Assembly (NCBI GenBank): GCA_964516155.1
Contig: CAZEWU010000002.1
Location: 1-24,442 of the forward strand
Direction: 5' to 3'
Length of the DNA: 24,442 nucleotides
Origin: an uncultured Caldisericota bacterium
GTDB taxonomy: Bacteria; Caldisericota; Caldisericia; Cryosericales; Cryosericaceae
The notes under the pieces are model-generated. The model made no database searches. It was not told where the DNA came from and saw only the letters and a list, made by a program, of their open reading frames with translations. A program made the position numbers and the translations under genes. Shown piece by piece: positions 1 through 7,928 of the stretch; position 1 is the first letter of the stretch; every line of letters starts with the position of its first letter.

Positions 1-51
1 CAACAAGTTATCAACAGATTTCCACTATTTGTGGAAAACTCCCGGGCATGA
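1..51 (+). CDS. 3' end (16 codons) of an upstream gene that runs off the window; possibly 5-oxoprolinase subunit B (PxpB/KipI-like)
   Basis: Frame 1 is open from base 1 and ends at TGA 49-51. That TGA overlaps the ATG of the next gene (ATGA coupling), as is typical for pxpB-pxpC. The tail is too short to assign a family. Confidence 0.3.
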   Translation, partial: QQVINRFPLFVENSRA

Positions 52-1100
52 CCGTCCGGCAGGCGGGACTTCTCACAACAGTACAGGACGCCGGCCGGTG
101 GGGCTGCCAGGACCTCGGCGTGCCTGTTTCAGGAGCGATGGATCCTCAGGCGCTGGCACTGGGGAACCTCCTGGTGGGAAACGACCCCGGTGCAGCCGCC
201 CTTGAACTGACGGTAACGGGGCCGGAACTGATCTTTGACACAGACGCCCTGATCGCGATGACCGGGGCCGACCTGCAGATGACATGCAACGACATACCGG
301 TCGCACCGTGGACCGCCTGCCTCATCCATGCGGGCGACGTCGTCTCCTTCGGTACTGCGCCGACCGGGTGCCGCGCATGGCTCTGTGTTGCGGGCGGCAT
401 CGACCTTCCCCCGGTCCTGAAAAGCCGCTCTACTCTGCTGCGGGCGGGATTCGGCGGTCTGGACGGGCGTGCGCTGCGTACGGGAGACACTCTTCCTCTC
501 CGACCGCCGGCTGCCGCTGTACGGGCCCTGGAGGGATACGTCTGCCCGCCGGAACTCCGGACGCCCGGCGCAACGGATACGCCCATCCCCGTCCTGCCCG
601 GGCCGCAGCAGCAGGCCCTGACACCGGCGGCACAGGAACGTTTTCTGACCACCGCGTGGCAGGTGACGGCCGGGACAGACCGCATGGGGTGCCGTCTGGA
701 CGGGCCGGCGCTGCAGCTTGCCGGCAGCGCTGATATCATCTCGGAGTACGTGCCGGCCGGCGCCGTCCAGATCACCGGTTCCGGCCGTCCCATCCTCCTC
801 CTGTCCGACTGTCAGACCACAGGTGGCTACATCAAGCCCTTCATTGTCGCGAGCGCCGCACTGGGACGCCTGGCGCAGCTGCAGCCCGGCGATACCGTCC
901 GTTTCCGTCGCTGCGCACCGCAGGAGGCGCAGGCGCTCCTTGTAAAGCAGCAGCAGGACCGTCTCCAGCTGGTCCGGCTGCGTCCCGCACAGCGGATCTC
1001 TCATCCCGGTGGTACACTGGTATTGGTTCTTCAGGGAATACGTCACGTCGTAACATGGGAGGAAAGGACAGAGGAGGGAACAGATGGGCAGACTCATTGA
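48..1100 (+). CDS. pxpC: 5-oxoprolinase subunit C (PxpC; KipA / allophanate-hydrolase-subunit-2-like carboxyltransferase family)
   Basis: The 350-aa ORF has the N-terminal signature 'GLLTTVQDAGRWGCQDLGVPVSGAMD' of the PxpC/KipA family. It is immediately followed by a LamB/YcsF (PxpA) gene. Confidence 0.85.
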   Translation: MTVRQAGLLTTVQDAGRWGCQDLGVPVSGAMDPQALALGNLLVGNDPGAAALELTVTGPELIFDTDALIAMTGADLQMTCNDIPVAPWTACLIHAGDVVSFGTAPTGCRAWLCVAGGIDLPPVLKSRSTLLRAGFGGLDGRALRTGDTLPLRPPAAAVRALEGYVCPPELRTPGATDTPIPVLPGPQQQALTPAAQERFLTTAWQVTAGTDRMGCRLDGPALQLAGSADIISEYVPAGAVQITGSGRPILLLSDCQTTGGYIKPFIVASAALGRLAQLQPGDTVRFRRCAPQEAQALLVKQQQDRLQLVRLRPAQRISHPGGTLVLVLQGIRHVVTWEERTEEGTDGQTH

Positions 1101-1860
1101 TCTGAACAGTGATACAGGGGAAAGTTTCGGCGTCTGGAGCCTCGGCGACGACCGGGGCGTCCTGGCGCACGTGACCAGCACCAATATCGCCTGCGGTTTT
1201 CATGCCGGCGACCCGCAGGTCATGCTTGCGACCGTGCGCTCAGCCAAGGAACAGTGCGTCGCCGTGGGAGCGCATCCCGGCTACCGCGATCTCGCCGGGT
1301 TCGGAAGGCGCTCCATGACCTGCACCCCGGACGAGGTGTACGCAGACTGCCTGTACCAGATCGGTGCGCTGGTCGCCGTCTGCACCGCAGAGGGGATCCC
1401 CCTCTGCCATGTCAAACCTCACGGCGCTCTGTACAATCAGTCCGCCGGCAGCCAGAAGCTTGCCGACGCTGTCGCCGCCGCCATCAGCGCTGTGAACCCC
1501 GCCCTCATCATGGTCGGACTGGCAGGCACAGCGCATGAGACCGCTGCGCGCAAGGCAAAGCTGCTCTTTGCCGCCGAAGCATTTGCCGACCGCGCCTACT
1601 GTGCTGATGGCTCGCTGGTCCCCCGTTCTCAGGAAGGAGCCGTCCTGCATGATCCGCTGGTGATCGCCGCACGCGCCGTCCGAATGGTCACACAGGGAAC
1701 AGTCGTCAGCATTGACGGAACGCAGCTTTCACTTCACCCGGACACGATCTGCGTCCACGGAGATACGCCGGAGGCTGTGGCGATCGCCGCCGCCGTCTCC
1801 CGCGCTCTGAAAAAAGCTGAAGTCGAGGTCAGGCCCCTGCGCGAAGTCCTGCGCGTCTAG
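1084..1860 (+). CDS. pxpA: 5-oxoprolinase subunit A (PxpA; LamB/YcsF family)
   Basis: The 258-aa ORF begins 'IDLNSDTGESFG', the canonical LamB/YcsF N-terminus. GGAGGG lies 5 nt upstream of the ATG. The start overlaps the end of pxpC by 17 nt. Confidence 0.85.
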   Translation: MGRLIDLNSDTGESFGVWSLGDDRGVLAHVTSTNIACGFHAGDPQVMLATVRSAKEQCVAVGAHPGYRDLAGFGRRSMTCTPDEVYADCLYQIGALVAVCTAEGIPLCHVKPHGALYNQSAGSQKLADAVAAAISAVNPALIMVGLAGTAHETAARKAKLLFAAEAFADRAYCADGSLVPRSQEGAVLHDPLVIAARAVRMVTQGTVVSIDGTQLSLHPDTICVHGDTPEAVAIAAAVSRALKKAEVEVRPLREVLRV

Positions 1861-2329
1861 CGAGCAGGACCCGGCGCTCATGCGCCAGCAGCCATTCCTT
1901 GCGCTGCAGTCCACCGGCATAACCGGTCAGGGAGCCGTCGCTTCCGACGACACGATGGCAGGGAACAATGATGCCGACGGGGTTCCGGTGTACGGCGCCG
2001 CCGACGGCGCGGGCGGCAGCGGGACGCCCGATGCTCCGCGCCACATCGCCATAACTCACGGTGTGCCCGAGAGGGATCGCCAGGAGGGCCCGCCAGACGC
2101 ACTCCTGAAAGGCGGTGCCCTGCAGGGCCAGCGGCACAGTAAAGGAGATGCGCCGTCCCGCGAAATACTGGTCCAGTTCCCCGATGCATTGCTGGACGAC
2201 CGCCGTTGCACACTTCGCTTCCGGGTCGGGTGCCTCGACAAAGAGAACAGAGACGATACCGGCGGCATTGCCGGCGATCTCAAGAACACCGATGTCGGTA
2301 AACAGATACCCTTTATCCACTTCTTCCAC
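1829..2329 (-). CDS. ogt: methylated-DNA--protein-cysteine S-methyltransferase (Ogt/MGMT)
   Basis: Active-site motif 'PCHRVV' and a C-terminus 'GYAGGLQRKEWLLAHE' nearly identical to the E. coli Ogt tail. The first codon in the track (2362) is TTG without an SD. I place the start at GTG 2329, which is preceded by GGGAGGAA; GTG 2320 is an alternative. Confidence 0.8.
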   Translation of the reverse strand: MEEVDKGYLFTDIGVLEIAGNAAGIVSVLFVEAPDPEAKCATAVVQQCIGELDQYFAGRRISFTVPLALQGTAFQECVWRALLAIPLGHTVSYGDVARSIGRPAAARAVGGAVHRNPVGIIVPCHRVVGSDGSLTGYAGGLQRKEWLLAHERRVLLARRAGLRAGA

Positions 2330-2371
2330 GCCGTTCCTCCCGCGTGACCTGTCCAGCCACAACCGTACCAG

Positions 2372-2393
2372 TATAGTTGAAAATAAAACTATA
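2372..2393. promoter_or_regulatory. 7-bp inverted repeat TATAGTT-N8-AACTATA in the ogt upstream region (candidate operator, overlapping possible -10-like TATAGT/TATACT hexamers)
   Basis: Read directly from the sequence. It lies about 45 bp upstream of the ogt start on the minus strand. Confidence 0.3.
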
Positions 2394-2542
2394 CAGAAAG
2401 ATCGCGTATGCGCCGCGCAGGAACGCCGGCATACAGCCCATCGGGAGCGCAGTCCCTGATAACAACGGACCCCCGCTGCAACGATGCAGCCCTTGCGCGT
2501 AACTGCACGGACCGCATTTCGTGCGACCCGTTTTAACCGATG

Positions 2543-3058
2543 CTACAATGCTTCCTGCGGCTGTCTGTCGGATGGAGAACGCCGCGGGCGGAACATGGTC
2601 ACAAGGACGGCGGACGCAACACGGACATCCCCGGAAAACGCTTCCATGCTGCTTTCCACAAGGCCGTGTCTGTTCCCCGTCAGAGCGCCCCGGAGCGTCA
2701 GCGTGGTTCCCGGAAAAACCGCCTTGTGAAACCGTACCTCGTTCATGCCGACAAAATATCCGATATACCCCCTATATTCCGGCAGGGTGAGGACGATCAG
2801 CGACGACGCCTGCGCCATGGCTTCCACGATAAGGACGCCGGGCGTCAGGGGAAATCCCGGAAAGTGCCCCGCATAGAGCGGCAGGTCTCTGGCAAACACA
2901 ACCTGCGCACAGACGCGGACGCCGGGGACAACGTCGGCCGGCCCGTTCACGAACAGGAACGGCTCCCGCTGCGGGAGGATATTCCGCACCTCTTCAGCAT
3001 TGAGCCTCAGAACTCCCGTCGGCTGATGTTCCATTGCTTCCTGGTGCACATTCGCCAT
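2543..3058 (-). CDS. fabZ: 3-hydroxyacyl-[ACP] dehydratase, FabZ family (hotdog fold)
   Basis: Signature 'GHFPGFPLTPGVLIVEAMAQ' and an N-terminal 'LPQREPFLFVN' match FabZ. GAGGAG lies 5 nt upstream of the ATG at 3058. Confidence 0.75.
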   Translation of the reverse strand: MANVHQEAMEHQPTGVLRLNAEEVRNILPQREPFLFVNGPADVVPGVRVCAQVVFARDLPLYAGHFPGFPLTPGVLIVEAMAQASSLIVLTLPEYRGYIGYFVGMNEVRFHKAVFPGTTLTLRGALTGNRHGLVESSMEAFSGDVRVASAVLVTMFRPRRSPSDRQPQEAL

Positions 3059-3195
3059 ATCTGCTCCTCTTCTTCCATCTCCAGCGCTCTCCGGATATCA
3101 GGAGGCGCCATGGTCCAGTGTATGCATTTTATGCCGCCGCGCCACCTGGAGACAGCCGGCATTGTAATCAGAAGACCACCGGATATACTGCAGGC

Positions 3196-3747
3196 ATGGC
3201 TGAAGAAATAAGGCTTCAACGCAGCGGCGCAGTCGTTCTCTGCGTACCGGGCGATGCCGCCGGCTACATTGATATGTTCCGCCGCCGGTACGATCCTCAT
3301 GTGGCGCAGATCATGCCGCATATCACGCTGGCGTTTGCCACCGAGCTTGACACCGTGACGTGGCAGGCGGCGCGGCGGCATGTCCAGGATACTCTTGCCG
3401 GCCTGTCCCCGTTCACGATCAGTGTTGCGGAGACCGGCACCTTTGAAGGCGGCGAGCCCGTCCTGTGGCTCAGGCCCCGCGACAGCGCCGGGGAGATACT
3501 CATGTTGCGGCAGACAGTCCTGCAGGCATTTCCACATATCCGGTTTGACCGGCCGGACGATTTTGTGCCCCATATCTCGATCGGGTTCTTCAGGACGCAG
3601 AAAGAGCTTGCCGGTGCAGAACAGGCGGTTCGCCGTGAACTGCGGCCGTTCTCTTTCCGTGTTGCCTTCGTCTCCTTCCTGTATGCCGGCGAGAAGGACA
3701 TCTGGAAGTCTGTTGACGCCCTGGAACTGGGGAACGGGGGTCGCTGA
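3196..3747 (+). CDS. 2H phosphoesterase superfamily protein, LigT/ThpR-like RNA 2',3'-cyclic phosphodiesterase
   Basis: Two H-x-T/S-x motifs ('HITLAF' and 'HISIGF') at LigT-like spacing. The track ORF starts at 3034, but the first plausible start is ATG 3196 ('MAEEIRL...'). The upstream 54 codons would overlap the divergent fabZ gene. Confidence 0.7.
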   Translation: MAEEIRLQRSGAVVLCVPGDAAGYIDMFRRRYDPHVAQIMPHITLAFATELDTVTWQAARRHVQDTLAGLSPFTISVAETGTFEGGEPVLWLRPRDSAGEILMLRQTVLQAFPHIRFDRPDDFVPHISIGFFRTQKELAGAEQAVRRELRPFSFRVAFVSFLYAGEKDIWKSVDALELGNGGR

Positions 3748-3776
3748 CGCCCGGTTCCGGGACCGTCGTCAGCGAC
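3740..3776. other. compound stem-loop (10-bp perfect inverted repeat GTCGCTGACG / CGTCAGCGAC with a structured 17-nt loop) spanning the ligT-like stop codon; no U-tract
   Basis: Read directly from the sequence. Confidence 0.4.
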
Positions 3777-3910
3777 GGACGGCCCTTCCTGCATGCATCT
3801 GCCCTTCCTCATGAGAGACGATCAGCGGGTCCTGTGGGAAAAAACATGTGGAAAACGGGAAGGCGTACAAAAATATAACGGCGGCATCAATGAAAAGAGT
3901 CTTCTCTTCT

Positions 3911-3919
3911 TGTGGATAA
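3911..3919 (-). promoter_or_regulatory. perfect DnaA box (TGTGGATAA = complement of TTATCCACA)
   Basis: Exact 9-mer match to the DnaA-box consensus TTATCCACA. Confidence 0.5.
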
Positions 3920-4009
3920 CCTGTCAGCATAGTGCCATGCGCCTTTCCTGAAAGCCTGCAGACGATCTGTTAAAGGGATGTTCAGGATACCGAAGAGTCC
4001 GCTTCAGAA

Positions 4010-4018
4010 TGTGGATAA
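4010..4018 (-). promoter_or_regulatory. second perfect DnaA box (TGTGGATAA), same orientation, 99 bp from the first
   Basis: Exact 9-mer match. Two identical AT-rich 9-mers within 110 bp of a ~60% GC genome. Confidence 0.5.
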
Positions 4019-4030
4019 CTTGGAAGATAG

Positions 4031-4063
4031 ATTGTGACTGCTGTCATCACAATTGTGATGACA
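4031..4063. repeat. nested palindromes: ATTGTGA-N8-TCACAAT overlapping a perfect 22-bp palindrome TGTCATCACAA|TTGTGATGACA
   Basis: Read directly from the sequence. It lies 15 bp downstream of the rlmH stop, in the convergent intergenic region. Confidence 0.6.
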
Positions 4064-4077
4064 CACGGACGACCGGG

Positions 4078-4539
4078 TCACTTGTCGTACGGTTCGCCCT
4101 TCAGGATGGAAAATGCACGGTACAGCTGTTCCAGAAGAATGACCCTGGCCAGCTCGTGGGGCAGGGTCAGCTTGCCAAACGAAAGGATGCTGACACCGGG
4201 CGACAGAGGGCGGTTGCTCTTGTTCTGCTCGATGAACGGCTGGAGGACCGGACTGAATCCCTCGGCGCCCCCGATGAAGAACAGGAGCTTGCGCGTCCCC
4301 ATGTTCATCAGTCCCTGCAGACGCTCGGCGAAGTCGTGGGACGAGAGTTCCTCTCCGCGTGCATCCAGCAGCACACGGACGCACTCCTCGAACCGGGCGT
4401 ATCCGGCAAGCTGGTGCGAGGAAGCATCGATGACGCTCACCTCGCAATAATGCTGGAGGCGACGGCTGTATTCATCCTGAGCTGCCTTGTTGTATGACTT
4501 CTTAAGCCCGCCGCCCTGGGCGCAGATAACGATTTTCAT
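4078..4539 (-). CDS. rlmH: 23S rRNA (pseudouridine1915-N3)-methyltransferase RlmH (SPOUT family)
   Basis: 'MKIVICAQGGGLKKSY...' N-terminus and a C-terminal 'HELARVILLEQLYRAFSI' typical of RlmH. The track ORF begins 43 codons upstream; the canonical start is ATG 4539. Confidence 0.9.
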   Translation of the reverse strand: MKIVICAQGGGLKKSYNKAAQDEYSRRLQHYCEVSVIDASSHQLAGYARFEECVRVLLDARGEELSSHDFAERLQGLMNMGTRKLLFFIGGAEGFSPVLQPFIEQNKSNRPLSPGVSILSFGKLTLPHELARVILLEQLYRAFSILKGEPYDK

Positions 4540-4585
4540 ACTGTCAGTATACCGGCGGACGGCTCCTGCACAAGGAGCGGAACCG

Positions 4586-6067
4586 TCACTGAAGGGTGAT
4601 GATCCCCCGGCCCTGACGCTTGGAGACATACAGCCGGTCGTCGGCAAGCCGGACCAGGTCCCGGACACCGCTGTCGCCGCAGGAACTCGAGATGCCCGCC
4701 GAGAAGGTCACAGCCCCGAGGGAAGTCGTCAATTCAGGACAATTGAGACCACCCAGACGGACAAGGATGTTTTTTGCCTGTTCCGCCGTTGTCTCGGGAA
4801 GGACCAGCAGGAATTCGTCTCCTCCATATCGGAATACCAGATCCGATACCCGGATCGTCTTCCGGATACACTCCGAAAAGACCCGCAGCAGACGGTCCCC
4901 CTCCTGGTGTCCCAGCTGGTCGTTGACCTCCTTGAACGCATCCAGATCCAGCATGGCGAAGCTGAGATCATGGCGATACCGTTCCGAACGCTGCAGTTCG
5001 CCGGCAATCAGTTCGTCCATGATGTGGCGGTTCAGGAATCCCGTGAGGCTGTCATGCGTCGCCTGCCGCTGCAGCAGCTGCGTTTTCTGATAGTTGTCGA
5101 TGAGCAGGGCCAGCGCCGATACAAAAGGAGACAGCGACCGCTCATCCCACAGCGTGAAGGCCCCCTTTTCCCGGGATTCCAGATCAAGCACGCCGACACA
5201 GCGATCGCGGACAAGCAGCGGCAGCACGATCTCGGACTGCGCCGACCACAGCCCCTTGATAAACTCCCTGTCAAGCGCTGTATCCCGGACGATCACCGGT
5301 TTGCGCTGCTGGAAAGCCCGCACGGTAACGCCCCTGTTCCCGTTCACATCCAGCTCGGTGCCGATGTGTTCCACGATATGGCCCCGGTTGGCGGTGAAGA
5401 CCAGCGATTTCCGCTCTTCGTCGTAGACGAGGATGTCGGCGTGATGGTACCCGAGGATCCGGCCGATAAGACCGAGGATCTCCTGCAGCATCATCTGAAG
5501 ATCCGCTTTCTGGACTGATCCCAGGGCCATCCTGTACAGAATCGTCAGATACTTTTTCTGCTCCCGCAGTTCCTTGCGTTCCTGGTACCGGAGGATGATC
5601 AGGGTGATGGTATCCATGATCGGCTTGAGATTGTCCAGCACCTCCTGCGTCAGGCGCCATGAGACCGTCTGAACATTGATAATGGCAATGACCCGGCCAT
5701 GCAGAACGACCGGAAATCCCGCCCAGGATGTCGTTCTTTCCACAGGTTCCCGCCAGTCGCTGTAGCAGGACAGGTCTTCGATAAGACAGGGCCTGCGTGT
5801 GCGGAGAACTTCGCAGAGGTTACGCGGAAGAGTTGTATTGAAACTGCGTTCGGCGCTCCTGATAACAGAAGGCGGCGTCCCGGCAAATGCCTCGAACCGC
5901 AGATGTCGATGAGTTCCGAAGAACATGATACTGACCGTCGAGGCAGGAACGACCCGGGCGATGACTTCCGTCGCCCGCTGCAGTGCCCGATGATATGAAC
6001 GCTCCTGCAGAATACTTTGCAGTTCCGAGAGCTCTACCGCCTCTGTCGCCCGTGGTATGTCCATCAA
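4586..6067 (-). CDS. GAF-GAF-GGDEF diguanylate cyclase
   Basis: Intact 'RYGGDEF' active site with an RxxD I-site ('RVSD') immediately upstream. Two GAF-like modules in the N-terminal ~300 aa. Confidence 0.85.
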   Translation of the reverse strand: MMDIPRATEAVELSELQSILQERSYHRALQRATEVIARVVPASTVSIMFFGTHRHLRFEAFAGTPPSVIRSAERSFNTTLPRNLCEVLRTRRPCLIEDLSCYSDWREPVERTTSWAGFPVVLHGRVIAIINVQTVSWRLTQEVLDNLKPIMDTITLIILRYQERKELREQKKYLTILYRMALGSVQKADLQMMLQEILGLIGRILGYHHADILVYDEERKSLVFTANRGHIVEHIGTELDVNGNRGVTVRAFQQRKPVIVRDTALDREFIKGLWSAQSEIVLPLLVRDRCVGVLDLESREKGAFTLWDERSLSPFVSALALLIDNYQKTQLLQRQATHDSLTGFLNRHIMDELIAGELQRSERYRHDLSFAMLDLDAFKEVNDQLGHQEGDRLLRVFSECIRKTIRVSDLVFRYGGDEFLLVLPETTAEQAKNILVRLGGLNCPELTTSLGAVTFSAGISSSCGDSGVRDLVRLADDRLYVSKRQGRGIITLQ

Positions 6068-6077
6068 TTTTCAGTGT

Positions 6078-6116
6078 AGGTCTGACCGTGATTTTTTCAA
6101 CGCCCCGGTCAGACCT
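6078..6116. other. 11-bp perfect inverted repeat AGGTCTGACCG-N17-CGGTCAGACCT between the aldolase stop and the diguanylate cyclase start (candidate attenuator/terminator; the T-run lies in the loop)
   Basis: Read directly from the sequence. Confidence 0.4.
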
Positions 6117-6131
6117 TTCACCGGACTGTTC

Positions 6132-6761
6132 TCAGTTCTGGCGCTTCAGCCCACAGGTACGGACGAAGTATTCCATCTCCTCCTCCGGAATATGATGAAC
6201 GCCCCCCAGGATGGAAGCATAGACCAGCGACATGCACGTCTGTTCCAGGAGCTCCATTTTGTTGTAGGCCTCTTCAAGGCTCTTTCCCACCGTGATAGCC
6301 CCGTGGTTCGCCATGATGGCGGCATCATGGTTCCTGAGGCCGGCGGCCACTTCCCTGGCGAGCTCGATCGTCGACGGTCTCACGTAGGGAAGACACGGGA
6401 CGCGCCCCAGGACAATGGTCGCCTCCGGCAGCACGTCATCCGGAATATCGTGGTGCGCCAGTGCAAACCCGATGGCAAACGGCGGATGTGCATGAATGAT
6501 TGCTTTCACTTCCGGACGCAATTTGTAGATCTCGTAGTGCATCTTGCCCTCAGACGATGGTTTGCCGCCGCCCCGCAGCACCGCCCCGTCCAGACCGACT
6601 ACCACCAGATCCGCTTCGGTCAGATACCCCTTGTTGACGCCGGCAGGAGTGATGGTGACTTCATCGCCCTCCCGGATACTGACATTGCCGCCCAGCGCAG
6701 CGTTCATATTGCGCTCGTACAACCGTTTGGCAATCTCGACCAGTTTGCTCTGTGAATCCAT
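6132..6761 (-). CDS. class II aldolase/adducin family protein (L-fuculose-phosphate aldolase / MTRu-1-P dehydratase-like)
   Basis: 'MDSQSKLVEIAKRLYERNMNAALGGNVSIR...' with 'HAHPP' metal-binding region. A strong RBS (AGGAGGAGA) precedes ATG 6761. The 540-aa track ORF 6132..7754 is an artefactual upstream extension that overlaps the real + strand gene. Confidence 0.85.
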   Translation of the reverse strand: MDSQSKLVEIAKRLYERNMNAALGGNVSIREGDEVTITPAGVNKGYLTEADLVVVGLDGAVLRGGGKPSSEGKMHYEIYKLRPEVKAIIHAHPPFAIGFALAHHDIPDDVLPEATIVLGRVPCLPYVRPSTIELAREVAAGLRNHDAAIMANHGAITVGKSLEEAYNKMELLEQTCMSLVYASILGGVHHIPEEEMEYFVRTCGLKRQN

Positions 6762-6819
6762 GATTCTCCTCCTGACAGCTTGTAGTCCCCTCAGCACAGG
6801 AACAGCTCTGCATGCTGAG

Positions 6820-6847
6820 TTGTCAACTACTGAGTATACCATATAAT
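6820..6847 (+). promoter_or_regulatory. sigma-70-type promoter: -35 TTGTCA, 16-nt spacer, -10 TATAAT, upstream of the asparaginase gene
   Basis: Hexamers read directly from the sequence. The -10 is 35 nt upstream of ATG 6882, and GGAGGG lies in between. Confidence 0.55.
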
Positions 6848-6881
6848 TTGATGGTAAGAGATCTGCTGGTGTGGAGGGAAT

Positions 6882-7799
6882 ATGTATGCAATGATTGTGC
6901 ACGGTGGCGTCGGCGCTGTTCCTCATGAAAAAGAACAAGCGACGATCGCAGGGGTCAGGGCCGCAGTCCTGGCGGGAAAAAATATTCTGGCGGCCGGCGG
7001 CTCCTCGGTAGATGCCGTCGAGGCGGCCATCAATGTCCTGGAAGACGATCCGACGTTCAACTCCGGTACGGGTTCTGTGCTCACCTTTGACGGAGAGGTT
7101 GAGATGGACGCGGCCGTTGCTTACGGTCCCAGGCTCGGGTTCGGCGCCGTTGCCGGTATCAAGAATATCCAGCACCCCATTTCCCTGGCACGCATGGTCA
7201 TGGAAAAGACCGATCACGTCCTGCTGCAGGGAAGCGGCGCGCAGGAGTTCGCGCGCATGATGGGCGTCCCAACTCATTGTCCGGTCACCGAGGAACGCCG
7301 CGCGCAGTGGCGTGCATACCGTGAGAAATTCCTGCGCGGCGACGCCGGCGACTGGCCGAAACTCAGACTGCTGATGAAGGAGCATCCTGAGTTCATGCAT
7401 GGCACGGTCGGCGCCGTGGCCGTCGATGCAGACGGCGCTGTGACTGCAGGGACATCCACCGGCGGCGTTTTCCTCAAACTGCTCGGACGCGTCGGCGATA
7501 CGCCGCTTCCAGGAGCGGGGACCTATGCGACCGCTTTCGGCGGCGCTTCCTCCACCGGCCTGGGAGAAAGCATGATGCGGACCCTCATCACCAAAACGGC
7601 CTGCGACTTCATGCGGATGGGACTTGACGCCCAGGGAGCGGCTTCCGGCGCCGTTGACATGCTGACCAACACACTGGGGTCGGAGGCAGGGATCATTGTC
7701 GTCGACCGCTGCGGCGGCATCGGATTTGCACACAATTCCACCCAGATGGCGCATGCGTTCATGCAGGAGGGGATGACCGAGCCGACCGCAAGCCTGTAA
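6882..7799 (+). CDS. isoaspartyl peptidase / L-asparaginase (Ntn-hydrolase, plant-type asparaginase family)
   Basis: 'IVHGGVGA' N-terminus and autoproteolytic nucleophile context 'HGTVGAVAVD'. A 'GAGTYAT' box is present in the C-terminal part. Confidence 0.85.
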   Translation: MYAMIVHGGVGAVPHEKEQATIAGVRAAVLAGKNILAAGGSSVDAVEAAINVLEDDPTFNSGTGSVLTFDGEVEMDAAVAYGPRLGFGAVAGIKNIQHPISLARMVMEKTDHVLLQGSGAQEFARMMGVPTHCPVTEERRAQWRAYREKFLRGDAGDWPKLRLLMKEHPEFMHGTVGAVAVDADGAVTAGTSTGGVFLKLLGRVGDTPLPGAGTYATAFGGASSTGLGESMMRTLITKTACDFMRMGLDAQGAASGAVDMLTNTLGSEAGIIVVDRCGGIGFAHNSTQMAHAFMQEGMTEPTASL

Positions 7800-7928
7800 A
7801 CCTGACCCGATCAGAGCGGCTGCCGGGACAACAAACAGGTGTGTCCCTTATGGGACAAGTTCAACAATCCTCCTTTGTGGTTTGACAGGAACTGTTAAAC
7901 TGTGATGCATCAATATGGAGGTTGTCAC

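Noticed and set aside
8-40. DnaA-box-like 9-mers (TTATCAACA, TGTGGAAAA) at the very start of the window
   Set aside because: Each has one mismatch to the consensus, and they lie inside the coding tail of the upstream (probably pxpB) gene. Only the two perfect boxes at 3911 and 4010 were kept.
2360-2362. TTG start for ogt, as given by the ORF track
   Set aside because: There is no SD upstream. Internal GTGs with a GGGAGGAA box fit homologue N-termini better.
3811-3951. 46-codon plus-strand ORF in the ligT-rlmH intergenic region
   Set aside because: There is no SD, and it spans the first DnaA box. It is more likely non-coding regulatory DNA.
4487-5518. 343-aa plus-strand ORF
   Set aside because: It is entirely antisense to the GAF-GGDEF cyclase, which has clear motifs. 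There is no RBS and the composition is Arg/Pro-rich junk.
6057-6755. 232-aa plus-strand ORF
   Set aside because: It is antisense to the class II aldolase gene.
6762-7754. Upstream two-thirds of the 540-aa minus-strand ORF 6132..7754
   Set aside because: Only the last 209 codons (6132..6761) form a coherent class II aldolase with its own strong RBS. The extension is antisense to the well-supported asparaginase gene (6882..7799) and has the low-complexity Arg/Gly/Ala composition of GC-rich antisense frames.
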